In this document: positions 58,039 to 64,000 of the stretch, piece after piece
Layout of the letters: each line of letters opens with the position of its first letter
How positions within the stretch are numbered: the first letter of the stretch is position 1
Assembly (NCBI GenBank): GCA_963717445.1
Contig: OY970334.1
Coordinates: 3,987,704 to 4,051,703 of the forward strand
DNA from: an uncultured Bacteroidota bacterium
Lineage (GTDB): Bacteria; Bacteroidota; Ignavibacteria; UBA10030; UBA8401
Direction of reading: 5' to 3'
Length of the DNA: 64,000 nt
Translations under genes and position numbers: made by a program
The notes under the pieces: model-generated
The model's input: the letters and a program-made list of their open reading frames with translations, nothing else
Database searches by the model: none
Told to the model about the DNA's origin: nothing

Positions 58039-59412
58039 ATGAATGTCATTGAATCAAAGGGTAGAATCAAACGATTGCTTTTACTTGTTACCATCTTTGT
58101 ACTTATACCCGTTTGCGCCTTTTCCCAAAATGATTATAGATCCGATTCAAACCAATTTTTCACACTCGAACAATGCATTCAGTATGCGTTTCAACACCAG
58201 CCTGCTCTGAATCAGGCCCTGGTTCAGACTTCCATCGTCAAGGCAACCATTGCAATAAACCTTTCCGGCTGGTTCCCGCAATTGAATCTTTCCGGCAACG
58301 TGCTCCATTACAGTCAATTACCTACAACGCTTGTTCCGAACTCCGTACCGGGAGGAGCACCGGTTCCAACACACACCGGCGTTACCAACACTGCAATCCC
58401 CCAATTATCTGCTTCGCAGACAATATTTGAACCGCAGCTTTTCTATGCAGTAGCGAGCGCACCGTTGTACACCAAGCAGGCTGAGCAAATCACCGATAGC
58501 GTGAAAATATCCGTCGTCTCGTCTGTCAGTAAATCATTCTACGGTCTCTTACTTACGCTTGAAGAGATCGATGTGCTGAAAGAAGATACCGCACGCCTCG
58601 GCAGAAATATTACCGACGCATACCACCAGTATGTGGGAGGGATTGTCGATGAAACAGATTTTGAACAAGCAGTGATCACTCTCAATAATTCAAAGGCTCA
58701 ACTGAAGCAGCAGGTCGAGAACGTCGTGCCGGAATATGCCGCCTTGAAGCAGCTTATGGGATATCCGCCGGAAAAAAACTTTAGCGTATCGTTCGATACG
58801 GCGCAAATGATGAAGGAGATATATTCCGACACGACGAAGCAATTGCTGTACGAGAACCGGATAGAATATCAACAGCTTCAAACAGTAAAACAACTACAGC
58901 ATCAAGAAACCGTGTACAACGAACTTTCATTTCTTCCTTCTCTCTCCGTTTTTTATGATTATTATTATGAATACGAAAGTCCCACTTCTTCAAATCTTCT
59001 TAGAACCGCTTACCCGTACTCTTATTTTGGAGTGTCTCTGAATTTTCCGATATTTACAGGATTTGCCCGTGTTCAAAGCTTGCAGAGGTCGGAGCTTCAG
59101 GAGCAGATTGTGAATTGGGATGAGATCAATTTGAAATCGCAGATCTACACGGAGTACACGTCGGCGTTGGCCAACTATAAAAGCAACCTGTATAACTTGC
59201 GCTTGCTGGGAGATAATAAATCGCGGGCACAAGATGTTTACCGTGTCGTCTCGCTCCAGTACAACCAGGGAGTGGTTGCCTATCTCAATCTCCTTGTGGC
59301 CGAATCGAATCTCATCACTGCGGAGATAGGATATATCGACGCTCTCTTCCAGCTTTTGTCGAGCAAAATAGATTTGGAAAAAGCGATGGGTGAAATTCCT
59401 CCTCATTATTAA
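58039..59412 (+). CDS. TolC-family outer-membrane efflux protein
   Basis: TLEQCIQYAF, two efflux-repeat halves, YNQGVVAYLNLLVAE. Start uncertain (57940-58039). Confidence 0.88.
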   Translation: MNVIESKGRIKRLLLLVTIFVLIPVCAFSQNDYRSDSNQFFTLEQCIQYAFQHQPALNQALVQTSIVKATIAINLSGWFPQLNLSGNVLHYSQLPTTLVPNSVPGGAPVPTHTGVTNTAIPQLSASQTIFEPQLFYAVASAPLYTKQAEQITDSVKISVVSSVSKSFYGLLLTLEEIDVLKEDTARLGRNITDAYHQYVGGIVDETDFEQAVITLNNSKAQLKQQVENVVPEYAALKQLMGYPPEKNFSVSFDTAQMMKEIYSDTTKQLLYENRIEYQQLQTVKQLQHQETVYNELSFLPSLSVFYDYYYEYESPTSSNLLRTAYPYSYFGVSLNFPIFTGFARVQSLQRSELQEQIVNWDEINLKSQIYTEYTSALANYKSNLYNLRLLGDNKSRAQDVYRVVSLQYNQGVVAYLNLLVAESNLITAEIGYIDALFQLLSSKIDLEKAMGEIPPHY

Positions 59413-59433
59413 TGCACTTTAACGGATAGTATT

Positions 59434-60642
59434 ATGATTGTGAAAAGAACATTTCTTAGCATAGTATTCATCGGTTGCCTGATTCTTTGTTCATGCAAAC
59501 AACCGCAGCCGCCGCCTCCACCGCCCGTGCCGGTGGATTTGTTTGCCGTCAAGGCGCTGCCTGTTACGTATTACGACAGGTACACAGCGACAACGGTAGC
59601 ACTAAACCAAGTAAACCTGCTTCCCGAAGTGCAGGGCTATATTACCGGGATATTTTTTAAGGAGGGGAGCCACGTCAAGAAGGGACAGAAGTTATACGAT
59701 ATTGACAGGCGTATCTACGAAGACAACTACAATTCGGCTGCCGCCAATGTGAAAGTCGCGGAGGGGAATCTCAAGCTGGCCCGGCAGGATGCCAACCGCT
59801 ATCTCTATTTGAATAACAATAAAGCCGTTGCAAAGCAGATTTATGACCATGCGGCGATCGCGTTGGAAAATGCACAAAATTCATATCAGTCGGCAATAGA
59901 GGGTTTAAAAATTGCTAAGACGAATTTGGCGTACTCCATCATTACCGCTCCATTCGACGGAACGATAGGATTCAGCCAGGTGAAGCTCGGAGATTTGGTA
60001 ACGGTAGGCCAGACGGTCCTCATTACCATCTCTACCGATGACCCGATGGCGGTTGATTTCCTCATCAACGAAAAACAGTTGGCCTTTTTTGACAACCTTC
60101 AAAGAATCGGAAATCAATCGGTGGATTCACTGTTCACGCTCATATTGCCCAACAATGCTCTCTATTCATTTACAGGAACATTATCCGTCATCGACCGGGC
60201 AGTAGATCCTCAGACAGGTGCCGTCAGAATCAGACTTCTTTTTCCAAATCCGCAATATTCGCTGCGAGTAGGGATGAGTTGTGTTGTGCGGGTCCATAAT
60301 CAGGATTCGACCCCTCAGTTGGTGATACCGAATAAAGCCGTCGTTGAAGAGATGGGCGAGTATTTTGTCTACGTGGCGAAGGATACGATGATGAATACCG
60401 GTGACAGAGGCAGAGATCTCCCGGCGGCCGGAGGGACCCGTCTATTAGCATTCCAAAAGAAAGTTCACCTTGGAGCAATCCTTGGTCCCAATGTAATTAT
60501 AAAAGACGGAATTGAAGAGGGGGACATCATTGTCTCAGACGGAATACAATCATTACATAACGGCTCGTCCATAGCGCCTTCGGGGGACCGCTCGCCGGCA
60601 CAAACGGGAAAAGGGACCGGAAGCAGACAAAATTCGCAATAG
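59434..60642 (+). CDS. RND efflux membrane-fusion protein (lipoprotein)
   Basis: Lipobox LCS-C; PEVQGYI, ITAPFDGTIG, VDPQTG. Confidence 0.92.
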   Translation: MIVKRTFLSIVFIGCLILCSCKQPQPPPPPPVPVDLFAVKALPVTYYDRYTATTVALNQVNLLPEVQGYITGIFFKEGSHVKKGQKLYDIDRRIYEDNYNSAAANVKVAEGNLKLARQDANRYLYLNNNKAVAKQIYDHAAIALENAQNSYQSAIEGLKIAKTNLAYSIITAPFDGTIGFSQVKLGDLVTVGQTVLITISTDDPMAVDFLINEKQLAFFDNLQRIGNQSVDSLFTLILPNNALYSFTGTLSVIDRAVDPQTGAVRIRLLFPNPQYSLRVGMSCVVRVHNQDSTPQLVIPNKAVVEEMGEYFVYVAKDTMMNTGDRGRDLPAAGGTRLLAFQKKVHLGAILGPNVIIKDGIEEGDIIVSDGIQSLHNGSSIAPSGDRSPAQTGKGTGSRQNSQ

Positions 60643-60913
60643 ATTCTCGCGTGAACTACAATGAAATCCTTTCTGATTGTGCAACTCATATTACACAAGA
60701 CAGCAATGACGGCGCCACTCACGAAGTGATGCCTTTCCGAAGGTATCCTTCGGAAAGGAACCCATTGGGTCGGCAAAAGGCACTGAGGCGCTAAGAAGCG
60801 CAGCGATATATGGGCTTAACAAAAAGAAGTTTTTTAAAAATTTCCTTGGCGTCTTTGCGCTTTTGCGGCAAAATTTTTCATTCCAGCGTGGCATCACTGA
60901 GTAACAATAAATT

Positions 60914-63900
60914 ATGATTGCTAATATCTTTATCAAAAGACCGGTCACTGCTATCGTCATCTCGATCATATTAGTGATCACCGGCATCATTTGTATTTTT
61001 AACTCGCCCGTTGAGCAGTATCCTCAGATTACTCCCCCCGTCGTACAGGTCAACGGTCAATTTACAGGAGCGGATGCGCTGACGGTTGAACAAACCGTAG
61101 CCACGCCTATCGAACAACAAGTCAACGGTACTCCGGGCATGGAGTACATGCAGAGCAATAATACCAATAACGGCTTGATGTCCATGAACGTAACGTTCGG
61201 CATCGGAACCGATATCGATATTGCTACGCTTGATGTCCAAAACCGCGTCAGCATTGCCACGCCGTTATTACCCGCAGCGGTGAGCCGTCTTGGCCTCACC
61301 GTACGAGCGCTCAATCCCAGCTTGCTCATGATGGTTGCCGTCTACGCACCGCAAGGAACGCACGACATCACATTCCTCGACAATTATACGAACATCTTCG
61401 TGCAGGATGCGTTACTTCGTGTGCCCGGCGTAGGCAGCATCAGCAGATATACGGATGATTTCAGCATGCGAATCTGGATGGACCCGGAGAAAATGGCGAG
61501 TTACAATTTAACGCCTACCGATGTCATTTCCGCATTGAATGCTCAAAATGTACAGGTGGCCGCGGGTTCGGCAGGTGTACCGCCTCAACAAAAGACGCAG
61601 ACATTTGAATTAGGAATTCTTGTCAACGGACGCCTGAGCAAGGTTTCGGAGTTTGAAAACGTGATCGTTAAGACAAATCCGGCCACCGGGGAATTGGTAT
61701 ATCTCAAAGACGTGGCAAGGGTGGAGCTGGGCAAGTTCACTTTTTCGAGCAATTCATTTGTCGATGGGCACCGGGCTTCCTGCCTTCTTATTTACCAGGC
61801 ACCGGGGAGCAACGCACTTAAAACGGCAAACGGGGTTTATAACGTACTCGCTCAATTGAAAAAATCTTTTCCGACGGATGTTGACTACAGCGTACCGTTT
61901 GAATCAGTGACTGTCGTCAGAGTTTCCATGAGCGAAGTTGTCGTCACACTTCTTCTAGCGCTGGGCCTTGTCGCTCTCGTCGTCTATTTGTTCCTTCAAA
62001 ATCTGCGCACCACAATTATTCCCGTGCTTGCCATCCCCGTATCGATCTTGGGCACATTCTGCTTTTTCATCCCGCTGGGGTTTACGATTAACACGCTCAC
62101 GATGTTCGGCTTCGTGCTGGCGATCGGCATCGTGGTGGACGATGCTATTATTGTCGTGGAGGCGGTGCAGCATTATATGGATGAGCATCACCTGTCGGCG
62201 AAAGAGGCTACATACCAGGCCATGAAAGATATCTCGGCGCCCGTTGTGGCGATAGCGCTGATCCTTGCGGCAGTATTTGTTCCTGTGGGATTTATCCCCG
62301 GTATTGTAGGACGTTTGTACCAACAGTTCGCCATCACCATTGCAATCTCCGTCTTGCTTTCTGCTTTTATCGCTTTATCCTTAACACCGGCACTCTGCAG
62401 TCTTCTTCTTAAGCCGTCACAGAAAGATGCAAACCGCCGAGGAGCAGGCCGGTTATTCGCCGGGTTTAATAATTGGTTTGAGAAGCTGACGGATAAATAC
62501 TCCGATGGCGTCAAACGCAGCATCGCGAGGTCACGGTATGTTGTCGTTCTGCTTCTTTGTGTTTGTATCGGAGCGGTACTCTTATTTCAGAACAAGTCTA
62601 CAGGGTTCATACCTTCTGAAGATGACGGAAATCTTTATATAACGTTTCAATTACCTCCCGCATCTTCTACAGCCCAATCCGTCGCGGTGATGACCAAGCT
62701 GATGTCGGTCATAGCATCCACCCCCGGTGTAGGGCATTACGCGGCGTTGTCCGGCTTGAATGTTGTGACCAATGCAACGAATTCAAATTGCGGCACCATT
62801 TATTGCCAGCTCAAACCATGGGATGAACGTTCCGATTCACGCCAGCAAGTGCCGGGCATCATACATGTCATGCAGCAGCGCATAGCCGACGCCGGTCTTA
62901 CGAACGCCAATGTCCAGGTCATTCAGCCTTCACCAATTCCGGGTGTGGGGTCGGTGGTCGGTTTCAGTTTTCAGATAGAGCAGCGCAATACCAATGATGA
63001 TATTCACGCATTTGAAAAGGTTGTCAATAAATTTGTGGAAGAGGCAAACAAGAATCCGGCGATCTCCGGTGCATACAGTTTTTATTCTGCCCACACACCG
63101 AATTACAATCTTACAGTCGATCGGGAAAAATGTGAAAAGCTGGGAGTGAATATTGCGGACGTTTTTACAACAATCCAGGCATATATGGGGAGTATCTATG
63201 TCAACGATTTCACGACATACAACCGTACGTTTCATGTAGTCATACAGGCAGATACGATGTCCCGTGCGAACGTATCGAACATCGACAAATACTACGTTCG
63301 TAACCAAGCCGGGGCTATGGTCCCTCTCGGCACTCTGATTAGTTACCAGCCGACTGAAGCCGCACCGCTGATATCGCATTTTAATATTTTCCGCTCTGCC
63401 GAAATTGAGGGAACGTCTCCCAGCGGGTACAGCAGCACCGAAACGCTGGATGCCCTGAAAGATGTGGCGCAGAAGGTGTTGCCGGAGGGATATGCTTACG
63501 AATATTCAGGATTGAGCTACGAGGAAATCAAGGAAGGTTCAAAGACAATCTATATCTTCGTCTTCTCGATCACGTTCGTTTTTCTTTTTCTCGCAGCGCT
63601 CTACGAAAGCTGGTCGGTTCCTTTCTCAGTCTTGCTGGCAGTGCCGATCGGTGCTTTTGGAGCCATCCTTATGCTCACATTCCTCCCAAGCATTTCGGAC
63701 AATGTCTATGCGCAAATAGGACTTATTACGCTCATTGGACTTGCCGCGAAGAACGCGATTCTTATCGTGGAATTTGCCAAAGTGCGTGTCGACCGGGGAG
63801 AAGAGCTTATCCAATCTACCATGGAAGCAGTGCGGCTGCGCTTACGGCCAATTGTTATGACCTCCATGGCATTTATCCTTGGTGTTTTGCCGCTTGTTTT

Positions 63901-64000
63901 TGCGACGGGAGCCGGCGCAATCGCACGCAGAACGATAGGGTTTACCGTCCTCGGAGGCATGCTGGCAGCTACGTCGCTCGCTATTTTCATAGTCCCGGTA
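60914..64000 (+). CDS. RND efflux permease (AcrB/HAE1-like), truncated by the window edge
   Basis: Manually read from ATG 60914: MIANIFIKRPV, EQYPQITPP, GIVVDDAIIVVE, GLAAKNAILIVEF, RLRPIVMTS. Not in the ORF track because no stop falls inside the window. Confidence 0.92.
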   Translation, partial: MIANIFIKRPVTAIVISIILVITGIICIFNSPVEQYPQITPPVVQVNGQFTGADALTVEQTVATPIEQQVNGTPGMEYMQSNNTNNGLMSMNVTFGIGTDIDIATLDVQNRVSIATPLLPAAVSRLGLTVRALNPSLLMMVAVYAPQGTHDITFLDNYTNIFVQDALLRVPGVGSISRYTDDFSMRIWMDPEKMASYNLTPTDVISALNAQNVQVAAGSAGVPPQQKTQTFELGILVNGRLSKVSEFENVIVKTNPATGELVYLKDVARVELGKFTFSSNSFVDGHRASCLLIYQAPGSNALKTANGVYNVLAQLKKSFPTDVDYSVPFESVTVVRVSMSEVVVTLLLALGLVALVVYLFLQNLRTTIIPVLAIPVSILGTFCFFIPLGFTINTLTMFGFVLAIGIVVDDAIIVVEAVQHYMDEHHLSAKEATYQAMKDISAPVVAIALILAAVFVPVGFIPGIVGRLYQQFAITIAISVLLSAFIALSLTPALCSLLLKPSQKDANRRGAGRLFAGFNNWFEKLTDKYSDGVKRSIARSRYVVVLLLCVCIGAVLLFQNKSTGFIPSEDDGNLYITFQLPPASSTAQSVAVMTKLMSVIASTPGVGHYAALSGLNVVTNATNSNCGTIYCQLKPWDERSDSRQQVPGIIHVMQQRIADAGLTNANVQVIQPSPIPGVGSVVGFSFQIEQRNTNDDIHAFEKVVNKFVEEANKNPAISGAYSFYSAHTPNYNLTVDREKCEKLGVNIADVFTTIQAYMGSIYVNDFTTYNRTFHVVIQADTMSRANVSNIDKYYVRNQAGAMVPLGTLISYQPTEAAPLISHFNIFRSAEIEGTSPSGYSSTETLDALKDVAQKVLPEGYAYEYSGLSYEEIKEGSKTIYIFVFSITFVFLFLAALYESWSVPFSVLLAVPIGAFGAILMLTFLPSISDNVYAQIGLITLIGLAAKNAILIVEFAKVRVDRGEELIQSTMEAVRLRLRPIVMTSMAFILGVLPLVFATGAGAIARRTIGFTVLGGMLAATSLAIFIVPV

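Noticed and set aside
595-63990. Numerous antisense and alternate-frame ORFs in the track (e.g. 2886-3653, 26053-26787, 43801-44277)
   Set aside because: They lie wholly within well-supported genes and have no RBS or recognisable motifs.

Overview
Bacterial chromosome segment; gene content (secreted proteins with Por/T9SS-type C-termini, PorV-family protein, TonB-dependent receptor) plus Shine-Dalgarno sites and TTGACA-type promoters suggests an Ignavibacteria-like FCB-group organism (inference). 1-39.2 kb is mostly ordinary: rplM-rpsI-rpsB-tsf-pyrH-frr, pspC/liaF-like envelope-stress genes, polA, a DMT transporter, a LysM lytic transglycosylase, a TBDR/PorV/secreted-protein cluster, fatty-acid CoA ligase, two PAP2 paralogues, a PDZ protein, pfkA, a deletion-damaged sugar ABC operon, an IS200-type transposase with palindromic flanks, a GH38 mannosidase and an aldo/keto reductase. 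39290-57176 is an ~17.9 kb integrative element bounded by a 41-bp direct repeat of the 5' half of tRNA-Asp(GTC). It carries two tyrosine recombinases (one with an N-terminal winged-helix-like extension), a Fic gene between two synonymously recoded copies of the integrase C-terminus, a three-cassette integron array with no integron integrase (one cassette split by an IS3 element), a type III R-M operon whose Res is fused in frame to a DUF433 antitoxin-like domain and followed by a DUF5615 PIN-like gene, and a satellite-like operon of small genes. The intact tRNA-Asp is followed by five 65-bp tandem repeats that each begin with the tRNA 3' end, then a TolC-MFP-RND efflux operon that runs off the window. 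All family assignments come from reading motifs by eye; no database searches were run.
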